A stretch of 63,460 nucleotides of DNA, the filler included. It is 8 parts of 8 records of this genome, joined end to end, with 100 filler letters (N's around TTAATTAATTAA, not from the genome) between each part and the next. Parts side by side here need not be neighbours in the genome. Positions count along the whole stretch, not along the records: positions 1 to 24,519 come from SRR7504441_3544; positions 24,620 to 30,065 come from SRR7504441_3556; 6 more parts are not named here. One strand, written 5' to 3'. Under the pieces are notes generated by a model. The model was not told where the DNA came from, did not search any database, and saw only the letters and a program-made list of their open reading frames with translations. Below are positions 14,101-25,177 of the stretch, piece by piece. The first letter of the stretch is position 1. The number at the start of each line of letters is the position of its first letter. The position numbers were made by a program, and so were the translations under genes.

Positions 14101-17100
14101 TCAACAAAATTGTCATCGTCGAACGGGTAATCCTTTTCACACCTTCGCCTCACATACATCTCAAGGTCGAGTACATTGGGACGAATCCGGTCGTATCGCA
14201 TGTTATCGATGTGGTCCTCGAGGTTACTGCTGCTGCCAGATTTCTTGTGGGCTTCCTCAGCTGTGTTGAGTGGGCTATGCGGGCTCAATGGACTGCGTGG
14301 ACTTGATAGGCTTTTGATGATGGGGGGGCTGTCAGGTTTTCTCATTGGACTGGTGACGGGGGTGCTTGGGCCAGAGCCTGCACCATACCCAGGGCTGCTT
14401 GGTTGGCCAGAGCCTGCACCGTGCCCAGGGCTGGGTGAGGAGTACATGGCGCCACCGTTGTAGACCCTGTTGGCTTTGATATCCATGTCCTGCCGATTCT
14501 GGAGGAAATCTAGCTTCATTTGACGCTGCAAAAGCAAAGTGAGTACCACTGATTGGGCTACCCACACTCTGACCTTCCTGATGCGTTCAGCAGTGCGCTC
14601 GCTCTCTGTGTGCACAATGGCAATCAGTATACCTATTGTCATGATAGACACAAGGAATAAAATGTCCAAAGTTTGATCAAAGTCGTTGTAAAACTGATTC
14701 CTTGACATCGACATCACGTTCTCAGCACACACACCGCTGGATCCACAAGCCAAAACGATGGAACTATTGCCAAGAACAACATCATGACCCTGCAACACCA
14801 CCAGAATCAGGAGGCTGGACAGAGCAGGCATGGGCTCGTACCACCAGCAGAGAAGGGTCAAGCCCAAAGAAAACATTGTCATTGTCAGCATGGATTGCCT
14901 TGGTCCCATCAGAAACAAAGCTGTCATCTGAAGCAGAGCAGAGCATGATTCTGTCGATCGTGTTCCCAGAGGCTGCAAGCAAGTATCCATCATAGGTGCC
15001 TTCACTGTCGGCAGAGGCTAGAAACAAAGTGCCGTCAAAGCCATCGATCAGCCTTTCAAAACCAGCACCAATTGAATCAAACGTAAATTCGGAGGCCCAC
15101 ACCCCGGTCATGTCGCATGTATATCCGTCCCTGCAAGTCGTACTTGCTTCATAATACTTACCTTCTGCATACATTGCCTGGACAAAAGCCATTCCATAGA
15201 CATCTGTCGACTGCTTGTAGAAGGGAGAGACTAAGGTAGAGGCGCCATCTGCACCAGATGCAGGAACAAAGAGACGTCCTGCTACGTACCAATCTTTGTG
15301 GCGTGGACCATAGTAGCAGTCATCAGGATAGTTTGTACTATCAGATGCAGTGGAGCCTGATCTTGTTGCGCTGTCCCATGTGTAAATAGATGTTTCAAGG
15401 CATCCTGCACCAGTCGATTTGCTGATCACGCGTACACCACTGGCTGTACCGTTGGCCCCTTGCTCAAAGCCCTCCGCTTGTGTACCGAAATAGAGAGTTT
15501 GCAGGCCATTATTAGTGTAGTAATCTTCCATAAACAATGTAGTCCACTTGTTGAGCGCCATGCCATTTGCACCAGTTCCAAAGGTGGTTAACACTTGGCC
15601 AGTGAAATTCCAGATCCTTGCTGATTGTAAGGTCAATTGCTGTGAATCAATGTACCTTAACATGAAAATGGAGTCCATTGAGGACGTGACCTGATCCCCA
15701 AAATCATCCATTGCAGATTTGTGCTCATCTGAGAGTGCAATTGTCCACATGACCAGGACTGTGAAAATGAGGGAAGATACAGTCACGAGCAGAATCCCTT
15801 TCAAAATTCTACTGTGCTTGAAACAGAAGATATTGAACCTGTCCCATTTGGAGCCTACTCGAGAATCGGGACCTCCTTCTCTCATGCTAACCTCCATACT
15901 AGGAAGCACATGTACATTGAATCCTCGCATGACAAAGAATGGCATAAACAGCAGCACTGCTGCTAGCAATACAGCAGAACTGGCTAGAGCGTACGTTACA
16001 ATGGAGCACTCTTTCATATCATTCTGATACGCAGTACCCCAGAGCGCATTCACCATGACTATTTCTAGCCCACTCACTGAGCTACCCAGGCGCTGCACGG
16101 TGGCCAGTGTGATATCGTAGTCAAGGTTGCTTGGTGGTTGTGTTGCCACGTATGCAGTGGTGGTCGAAGATGGACAGCGTGCTGCCACTAGGCCAGCAGC
16201 AGCTGCAGAGTCAGCCGTCTCTGAGTTAGTCCAGATGTCTTGGAAAGAACCATAGTTGGAGACTAGTGTAGTTGCACTGGCACCTGTGAGGTTGCCAACA
16301 GTGGTAGGATCAACATCCACCTCAGCAAACAGCGAAAGCGAAGTATTTCCAGTACCTGTTGTTGCCAGTAAAGTGGTGCCTGAGCCAGTTGTCGAGACAA
16401 GATATACTTCACCCCTGACTGGCGGAGCCAGCCCTGCCCAATAACTGAAACGGCTCCCTTCAAGGTCAGCTCCAAACATGATCTGGGGGGTAGTAGCAGT
16501 TGAAACTGACCGCTGCATGTATCGTATACCTATATAACCAGTCAGAATCGTCTCAACAGCAACATCAGTTTGTACTGTTCCGTCGTCACAAGCAGTTAAG
16601 TACCACCGCTCTTGAGTAATAGTGCTGCAGGTGCTGTTGAGTGGACCAGAGCCGACTGCTGTAGCGTCAGTAACTTGCTCCCAAGCGCCGTAACCTGAAG
16701 TCTGTGAATATGAAGCAGAGTAACAGAGGTCAGTGGAGTGATCGTACATTCGAGCATACAGGCCGGTTCCTGCCAGGGCACTTGGTGTTTCCCACTGGGC
16801 ACTGAAAACAGAGCAAGATGTTGCGTCTGCAGCAGTCTCCCGACCAATCACAGCCCAAGTGGCTGCAAGTTGCGTTGTTGCTTTTCCAATTCCCATCATC
16901 ACAGTAGGCAGGCTGCTGGTGTAGATGGTAGTAGTGCTCAAATCGTCATTGATATACTCGCTAGCACCGGTACCAGACCAGGTGAAGACCCCTCGATCAT
17001 ACAGGTCAGCATTCCGCCTGGTGGTGTTGACAACAAGATCAACCAGCTGCTCACTCACCAGATTCGTGTGACTTGCAGCTTGACATTGGATGGCTGCTGT

Positions 17101-20100
17101 CATGCTTGTCATTACATCAAAGCTCTCGTCAGGGATCCAGTAGCAGATGGCAAAAGCGTAGGTAAGCATAAGTGCCATGGAGACAACCAAGATTGTCCAG
17201 TTGAATTTGTCATACTTGATGAAGTTGTCTCCTGCCCAGCGCTCGAGGGTGGCTCTTCGAGTTTGCGTCCTGTGGATTGACAACGGGATTGCTGACTGGA
17301 TCGCACTCTCATTGCCTAGCTCTGCCTCTTCTGGGTGCAACGCGCACCACACTAGCAGGTCCAACGCGGGACCGTTCTCCATGGTAAGTTGCTTGAGCCC
17401 ATCTCGATACTGCTGGATGTGCTCTGGCGAGCCAGCCTCTCCCGTATTTTCCATTGTTTCAATCATTGTCAGAGTCTCTTGTGTCTTGATAGCTGATGTC
17501 AGCTCACCCTGGAACAGCAAACTTGACTGGTCTGCCACAGCTGCCCCCAGTCGCTCCATCAGTTGATCAGGCGTCTCTTCATGCGGCCCTCCAGGTAGGA
17601 TCTCCAGATGCACAATCACTGAACCAGCCCTGATATCACGTACAGTCACCCGCTCGACTCGCGCTTGAATGGCTAAAGCAACCTCAGATCTGAACCTTGC
17701 CTCCCAGCTAGAGTAGCCGTAGCTGTGCAATTCAGTCAGGGAACCTTCCAAGACCAGCACTGTGGAAGTCGCACCGCGCACCGCTTGGGCCTGGTGTCCA
17801 AGCAGCTGTAGCTCTGTATCACCGAGATATTGCTGTGCCTGATTAGATGTCAGAGCTCCCTCCTTCTTGGTCAGAGTAAAAATATCATAGAGGATAAGGC
17901 ACCACATAAGTACAAGGCATAGTATCCCAAACAAGCACGCGCCAAACACAGTCCAATAGAACTCATCCGAGACTATTGCTGCACCCACTGCTGCAGCAGC
18001 TTGTGCCAGCGCGCCCAATGATGAACTGGCCGCTGTTGTGGTGATGCTGACTACCTCGCCTGCTGCTAGTGCACTTGCTTCAAAGCTATCTGCAAATGCA
18101 GTACCAGAAGTTGCAGAAGTCAGACTGGAAGCTGCAGCTGCAGCCAGCGCATCTGTTTCAACACTAATACTAAATTGGACATTAATCGAAATGCCACGCC
18201 TAGCGCCCTCTGTGACACCAGTGATAGTGACGTCGTTGATAGTGATACCACTGGTCGTTGACACTACTGCCTCTTTGAATGCCAACTGTAGCACACACAC
18301 AGTTCAGTGACACACAACCAACAATCTAATGATGTTCCAGGTTAGAAGTCTAATGGTGCTGAGAGTCACCTGCAGATTCTCGTTCGATACGAACTCGTCC
18401 CTTGCAACTCCTACCATGCCCACCTCGCTAGTCACCTCAGCTGCACAAGTCTTGGTTCCGCAAGCGAGCTCTCCCTTTTTCTGGCACTGGCCCGGTGTGC
18501 AGACGCAGGTAGTTGGAGGAGGTCTAGTCAGGACATACTCCAGATTGACATTGCTTCCGCCTGCACATGGCTTGTCCGCTGGGCATCCAGGTTCAGCCGG
18601 GTAATCCTCCAGTTGGTCTGTTCTACAGTCTGGTAGTCGGAGCTCTGTTTCTACTGAGTATTGAGTACCACCGGCAGTACCGCTGCCGGTGGCAACATCA
18701 TTCTGACTTCTCACCTGGATCCGAAGAGTGGGCGCCGTGTTCATTTCTACAGAGAGAACTGAACCCATTGTCTGGGTGACGGCAACAGCCTCTGCTGGAT
18801 CAGTATTGGTGTATTCTGTCCCATCTAAAGTAATGAACGTTACACTCGAATAAGCGTAGGTTTGACCACCGAACTCAAAGAGCTGGTTGGTGGTAGATGA
18901 TCCACTGGGGGAACCCTGGACAGCAGATGGCGTTAGGTACTCGTAGGAGCCAAGAGTTGCGCCGTCAGATGCGCTGAGAGCGGCTTCGTATGATTTCTGC
19001 ACGCTGAACGGTGACGGTGTCAAGGTTGCCTGGTTTGTTGTTGCAGTCCCGCTTGAATCGCTATAATACAGAACGATATTACTCAATAATCTGTCAGTGT
19101 TGTACTGAGTTGTAAAGCAAAACGTGCCTGTCAGACTATTCGGTACATACGCAGTATCCAAAAATACGTTCTGGAGGACTGTTAGACAGTACTCAGTGCC
19201 GTAGTACATCACAACACCGGCTAATGAGATTGTAACTGTGAGCCCATCGCTGCTTATTGTAAAGGTCAGTGAGCCAGAGTTCGCTGCCGAGTAGGATAGA
19301 GTGAATGTGTTGAGCGCAAGATGCTTGATATCAGATCGTAGACTTAGACTATTAGTATTGTAGTCTGAACCTTGTGTGACTGGCTGATTCAAGACCCAAA
19401 CAATATTGCTGGTGCTCACAGAGGCACCAGATGAGTTAGTTGATGGTGTCGAGCTGGTGAATCCTGGCGGGGTTGTGTCTTGAAGCGTTGTAAATGTATA
19501 CATGGTTCCCGTGATTCCAGCAAATAGGTTACTATATGTAGATTCATCCACTATTGCTGTACCAGACACTATCACTTTGTAGTACACTCCATCAGCCAGG
19601 ATGGTGTCTCCTTGGCAGCAACCATTGGCGCAGGTGCTCTGACTCGGATCGGTGCTAGTGGTGCACGCCGTTGTGATAGTAAGCACACTGCCTGAAATTG
19701 TGCAGCGGCTGCCTGCTGTTGTGTTACCAGCTGTATCAAGTGTGCATAGTGGCAGCCTACCACTACTACTTGTACTGCTGTGCTCCCACTCAAGGTCCAC
19801 AACAGCGGCGTCGTCATTAGCGACGACTGAGCTAATAGTTGCTTCCGCCCCAGTATCTACTCCGGCAGCACTGACGGCAGTGAGAGCGTGTCCGACTATA
19901 AAGTCACCTGACTGGCCAGTAGCGCGTGTCACGTAAAGCATAGCATTCCCACTAGGCGTGTATGAGATTGTGGCGGTAGCAACTACTGTGCCACCATTTG
20001 AAGATGTGATTATGTCACCATGGTGAAATTCACCAGAAATCGAGGCCAGACCGAGTTTTTCATGGCCAACAAACGCCACAGTCTCACTGAACGTGATGGC

Positions 20101-23100
20101 AATATTTGAAGTAGTCGATACACTTGTAGCCTGAGCTGTTGGCGAGTAACCGGCGGCATAGGGCTGTATTCCATCACCATATTCGTATGTGATGCTCGTT
20201 TCAGCATTTCCAATAGAGGTGATTGAGTAATCACGCACAAAACCAGTAGGCAGCGTGACTGTATAAGTGTTGTGCGAAGAAGCACTCACTGGGCTGGTTG
20301 CCATGACAACTGTGAGCTCGTAGCCGTTGCTGGAGAGGGATGAAGCAATCCCCGAGGTTACGGTCGCTGAGGTTGAAGTTGCTGTGCCGCCACTACCCAC
20401 TGTCTCTTGAGATGATATCTCTCCTGCTGTATGCGTTTGAATAGAGACACAAAAGGCCGTAATTGAGCTGCCAGTCTCTGTCAGAGGATCTCCCACCACA
20501 AACGTTCCAGAAGCACCACTGATGACAACAGCCTGCAGAAAAGAATGAGGTCAGCAGGCTGAGGAAAAAATGCAAGGGCACATACCTGCTTGTTGGAATC
20601 AGACCAGGCCACCGTGCCAGAAGCACCACTGTTTCCTCCTGTGATGGTAGAGCCAATGGTGAACGCAGTCGAGGTGATCTGGCTGATTGTGAGTGTAGCG
20701 GTGTTTGCTGCCAAGTACACCGGCTCATTGAAGGTGATCACCAGATTATGACCAACTCTTATATCAGCAGCCCCATTAGTCGGGTCACTCGAGGTTTTCT
20801 CAGGAGCTGCGGTGTCTGGCGATGTTTGTGTTGTAAACGAAATGGTGACACCATCTGTAGTGGCGTCACTGCTGTACCTGGTGGCATAGTAGTTGCCTTG
20901 TGTGTTTTTTACAGAGTATGAAGGCAAGTGAACGGTATAAGTTATACCATTCTGAAAGGTGGTTGGCGAGGTGACTTTCAGGATTGTATGTCCTGTACTT
21001 GTGCTGCTCAGCTCAACCAAGGAATTATCCCAGCCAGTGGTCAAACTGTTCAGAGCCACCACCGTGTCGGAGCCAGAGCCGTCAGATATGGTCAACTGTC
21101 TGGCAAAATTTGTGTTCAGTGAGACGGCATCATTGAACTCAAATTGGATCTGGTTGGTCTGTAGGTACACTCCTGTGCCCCCCTCAGCCGGATGGGTCCA
21201 CACCTACAGAAAGGTCTCAGGTTTGGGCAGTACAATCAATTAGTCATTCAGGTGTCACCAGTGTTGGCTCAGTCAAGTTTGCTGCAGTCAGACTTGCCCG
21301 GGTGATCAATGCATTGGTTGCACCTTCTGCCATCGCAGACATTGGGAATCCAGCCATCCAACCCACGGGCACCCCGGTGACAGCATTCAGGCCATACGAG
21401 TGGATCGAGGCACTGGTGGCCGACACATTGCTCTGCGCCCAGAAGACTTCACAGCCTGAGTTGGTGCTGCTTGGATTACAGCTGCTGCTGCTTCTCTGCT
21501 GAAAAGCTGCAAGGAAGTGAGGTGTAATTCCAAGGGCACCCTCATCAAAAGTCACCACCTGGGGATTGGCTGCAGTTGAACTATAAATTGCACCCTGCGC
21601 TGGAAAAGGGCATCGCTGGTTGGCAGCAGGCATAGCGAACCATCCAACCCCCTCAATTTGGGTGGTGCCAGCAGCGGTGTTAGCACTAGCACCGCTGCTA
21701 GCAGTGGTATACTGCTGCATTGTAAACTCGAACTGTTGGTCCGTTGTTCTTGTAACCTGCGCTGTGAGAACAGCTGTATTATCAACGTCTGTCTGAACCT
21801 GTGCTAGCACTATGGGAGCTTGAGTGTAAGCACTTGTACCCGCACTTGTAAGACTGAAAGCGATAGTTTCTGTGCCAGCAACAGAATCAAGCATCTGCAC
21901 AACACCGTGAGCATGTCGGAATGCAAGCATCTGACCTTGTCGGTGTATTTGATCCCTGCCTCCCATTGATTTGTTCCTGTATTCGGATTACCATTGACTG
22001 TACCAGAGGTCCCAGCTTCCATCACACCATATGATACCCTGATGTCAACGGAGGTCCCAGTTCCAGTTCCAGTGAGATCCTGGTAAGCAGGAGGTCAAGG
22101 CCATGGCTGGGCAGGTTGGCTGCACCTGCAACCTGAATTTGATGCTAGTGGATTCTACTTCGGTGAGCCTGACATCATAGCCGTAGCAGGAGGATTGGTC
22201 CTGGCAGCTTGCGTCTGTGATCTGGACAAAAGCCACTGGCTGATTGTAGTTGCCTTGCAGAGTTATTGTGTGTCTACTTGTAGCATCTCCCACAATAAGA
22301 GTAGCACTATCAGAACCAAACTCGCCTACTTGATCTAGAGCCCGGTAGGCTGACCAAAGAGTGCCATCCCAATAGCAAGTATTGTCTACTTCAATATTGG
22401 TGTACGTGGCATTGGCGGTGCAGTATTGAGTCTCGATTGGCATGACCACCTGCAAGCCGAACTATTATGGCACCAGGCAGCATCCAGGCACGAAATGCTC
22501 ACCATGGATGTGGTTGTGTTGTACAAGAGAGGTAGATTGTGACCATTGTCTCCACTGATGGTGGTGGTGGTGGTGAGAACTGGGCTGGTGGTGTTGAGGA
22601 AGAATGTGATTAGGTCTGCATCGTATGTTGCGTCATGGTCACACGATGAGAACAAGATGCAGCACTCCGTGCCGCACGCGCCATTTGTATTAAGAGTGAA
22701 ACCCTGCATCATAGTCATTCCAGCCTATGCACAAAGCACCGTGCAACTAGCCGATCCCAAAGTCACACACTGCGCTAGACAGTAATCATAGTCCGCAGTA
22801 GAATAGGCCACACGGCTGCCACCTCATCTCAGCCCGGGCGTGGGGCGGATGACTCACCCTGGCGAGGTGCTAAGGCAACCAGTGTTGTTCGATATCCCTC
22901 CATAGCCATACTGCGGTCGACCGTCAGTGCCTCAATAAAGCAGCAACTAGCATACCTGAGCAACAGAACTTTCCAAGTGCACCGGAATCACTCGGTGATA
23001 GAGATTGCTCGAGCTGGTGGTGGTGGCCGCAAGCTGAACGTACGTAGCCTGACCATCCAAGGCCACCTGAGCACATCCCGCATGTCACTCAGCTTGCAGG

Positions 23101-24470
23101 TGGGCGCACCCTATACTCATCCGCTGCCCAGCTGAGATCGGTCGGGGTGTTGCCATTGGAATCGGCCGCTCCAGCCACCACTCCGCTCAAGACGTTGATT
23201 GCAGTGTTGTATACAACAGTGTTGCTCGAGAGGCCCCAACCATACCCACTGTACATTTGCCAGGTCTGCGGGGTGCCCATCCCGAGCGGTTCGTAAGTCC
23301 AGGACGCGCTGTCTCCAAACTGATCGTGCCCATATCCGTTTGTGCTGCCCAACAGCTCAGCTGTGGCCAGGCCGGAGGTCTACCCTCCGTAGCTGAAGGT
23401 GGAGAGCGTGTTGGAGGGGTCACTTGAGAAGCATGCTGCACACCCGTGAGCGCCCGGGCGCCCGAGCGGCCGGCACCAGTGCTGAGGTCATCACACATGT
23501 ACATCCCAGTCTCGCTGTACAGATAGAGCTGATTGCAAGAGCATATCCCACAGAAGTAGTCCTTGGACGGCACCTGCCCACTCCTGACTCAAACAGGGCT
23601 GCGCTGAGCGGATACCGCCGGGTTGAGGCAGTCTGTGTTGAAGGTTGCATTGATGGTGCAGGACCCCCTCAGGGACTGGATGGTGGTGCCACAGGAGCAT
23701 CCAATCGAAGTGCCGGTGGTAAAGCTGCCGCCCACTCAGCCTGGCAGCCACTGGGAGCGCAGGCCACCTTGGCATCACGCCGAATTCTGCTACAGTAACA
23801 GCTGTTGATGATGATGATGAGTCCAACACTAGTGCATAATACCTTAACCCTGCGCAGCCTGCAGGGATAGGGTATTCGTACATCTCTGTCACCGGCATCA
23901 GCGCCGAGCCCAGACAGGCAGGTTACTGAATTCGCTGTCCCCTGCGGCCACGGTCGCTATAGTTGTGCCACCGCTGCTCTGAATCTCACTGACCGAGGAG
24001 CCTGCATGCTCCTGCTCAGAGCCCGGCCCACAGCTGAGCGGCTCACCGCACTTGAGCTTCCAGCCAACCAGGTCCGTCCCCTCCCCGGGCACCAACTTCA
24101 GCAAGGCCGCGTCCTGCACCGGCACACGTCGGTCAGATGGCGCACGGAGCTATCAAGCGGCCGGCAAGAGGGGCCGGCAAGGGGGAAACAAACCGGCACG
24201 GAACCCGTTGGGGCTATATCGATGCCGATATACTCCCAGGTCGACGGCGTAATCGAGGCGACGGTGGCGGTATCACCTGCCCCTTGCTCGGCCACGATCA
24301 TCCCAGTACTCGTACCATCAAAGGCGTTGGCCCCGTTGCTTACGTACGAGGATGCGAGCAAGGTTCCGCCCCATCGCGGGCCGACCGCGGCGACCGTCGT
24401 AGTTTGCGCACTCGCGAGGCTCGACATCGCACAGATCAACACCAGTCCCCACTGCCGCAGTGCACTCCGT
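2196..24470 (-). CDS. Giant (~7,100 aa) receptor-channel: signal peptide + adhesin-like ectodomain + TM + 2x[two TM-flanked Cache-like domains + TPC-like 12-TM ion channel with EF-hands]; first exon lost at contig end
   Basis: Frame-preserving GT-AG introns read directly: 11662-11705 (ELR|YRL), 13823-13913 (LYQ|SWF), 14790-14841 (LLV|GHD), 18286-18369 (NLQ|LAF), 20533-20585 (NKQ|AVV), 21204-21258 (PTL|VWT), plus about 10 more upstream. Four Ion_trans-like 6TM repeats with pore loops SGENY/VGEGW/TGENF/VGEGW. dCache-type motifs YYGPRHKDWY and YYDPRYTSWY. EF-hand loops DTSGNATLSPLE, DVDNQGTVSMAE and DTDSSRQLSVIE. Confidence 0.85.
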
Positions 24471-24519
24471 TCTGTGTGCGCAGCCGGTCGGTGGGGGGAG
24501 GGGGGGGGGGGGGGGGGGG

Positions 24520-24619
24520 NNNNNNNNNNNNNNNNNNNNNNNNNNNNNNNNNNNNNNNNNNNNTTAATTAATTAANNNNNNNNNNNNNNNNNNNNNNNNN
24601 NNNNNNNNNNNNNNNNNNN
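24520..24619. other. Artificial contig spacer (N44-TTAATTAATTAA-N44)
   Basis: Six-frame stop linker flanked by Ns. Identical spacers lie at 30066-30165, 34611-34710, 41248-41347, 49091-49190, 56032-56131 and 60152-60251. Confidence 0.98.
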
Positions 24620-24688
24620 CTTGATCTTGGCGGCGTCACTCCCCCCGGTGGTGGCGCCATCAACCAGCAGCAGCAGATCATCCCCCAT
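24620..24688 (-). CDS. Possible 5' end of a gene running off the contig (MGDDLLLLVDGATTGGSDAAKIK...)
   Basis: ATG at 24688 with an open frame to the gap, oriented away from TPR. Too short to identify. Confidence 0.25.
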
Positions 24689-25177
24689 ACTCAGCACCGC
24701 GATGCCGGTGAGTGTCGGTTGGCCGCCCTCCGATCCTTTCTACCTTTCTGCTCAGACCCGATCAACGGAACCGATGCCTGCAGCGGTGGTGGCGTAGTGG
24801 GTGGATGACTCTTGGGGCCCGGTCGTGTGCTGCTGCGGTATGATGTGGGTGGTACACAGTCGCACCTGTAGTGTACATTTCTTGCCCGGGCGGGACGCCG
24901 AGCTCGGAGGAGTCTGGGGCGGGGCAACAAGCCGCGGGGGCGGCATGTCCACAAGCAGCTCCGCGTAAGCTCCGCGCGCTGCAGGACGTGCAGGACTACC
25001 TGAATCCCGGCCTAGAAGACCACGCGGCCTTGGCCACAGTGCACAGTGCCCTCATGGCTGGCCCTACTACTCGCTGGCCAGGAAGGGTTCAGCCGGCGGC
25101 CGGCTGGTGCGCTGGCCTCGAGTTTTTCTTCGGTCTGATCGGAAGCCCATCCGAGTGCGTGTGTGTGCCGAGACGAG

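Noticed and set aside
14365-14435. Short direct repeats (SPGxGAGSG x2 here; GDxQxQAA x2 at ~41395-41460)
   Set aside because: They are ordinary coding micro-duplications in disordered linkers.
22725-22766. In-frame TAG in the giant gene as stop readthrough or a 15-nt intron (22725-22739)
   Set aside because: A 42-nt GT-AG intron (22725-22766) of typical size removes it. cDNA is needed to exclude the 15-nt option.
24520-24619. Repeated TTAATTAATTAA between N runs as a biological repeat
   Set aside because: It is an artificial six-frame-stop contig linker, identical at seven sites.
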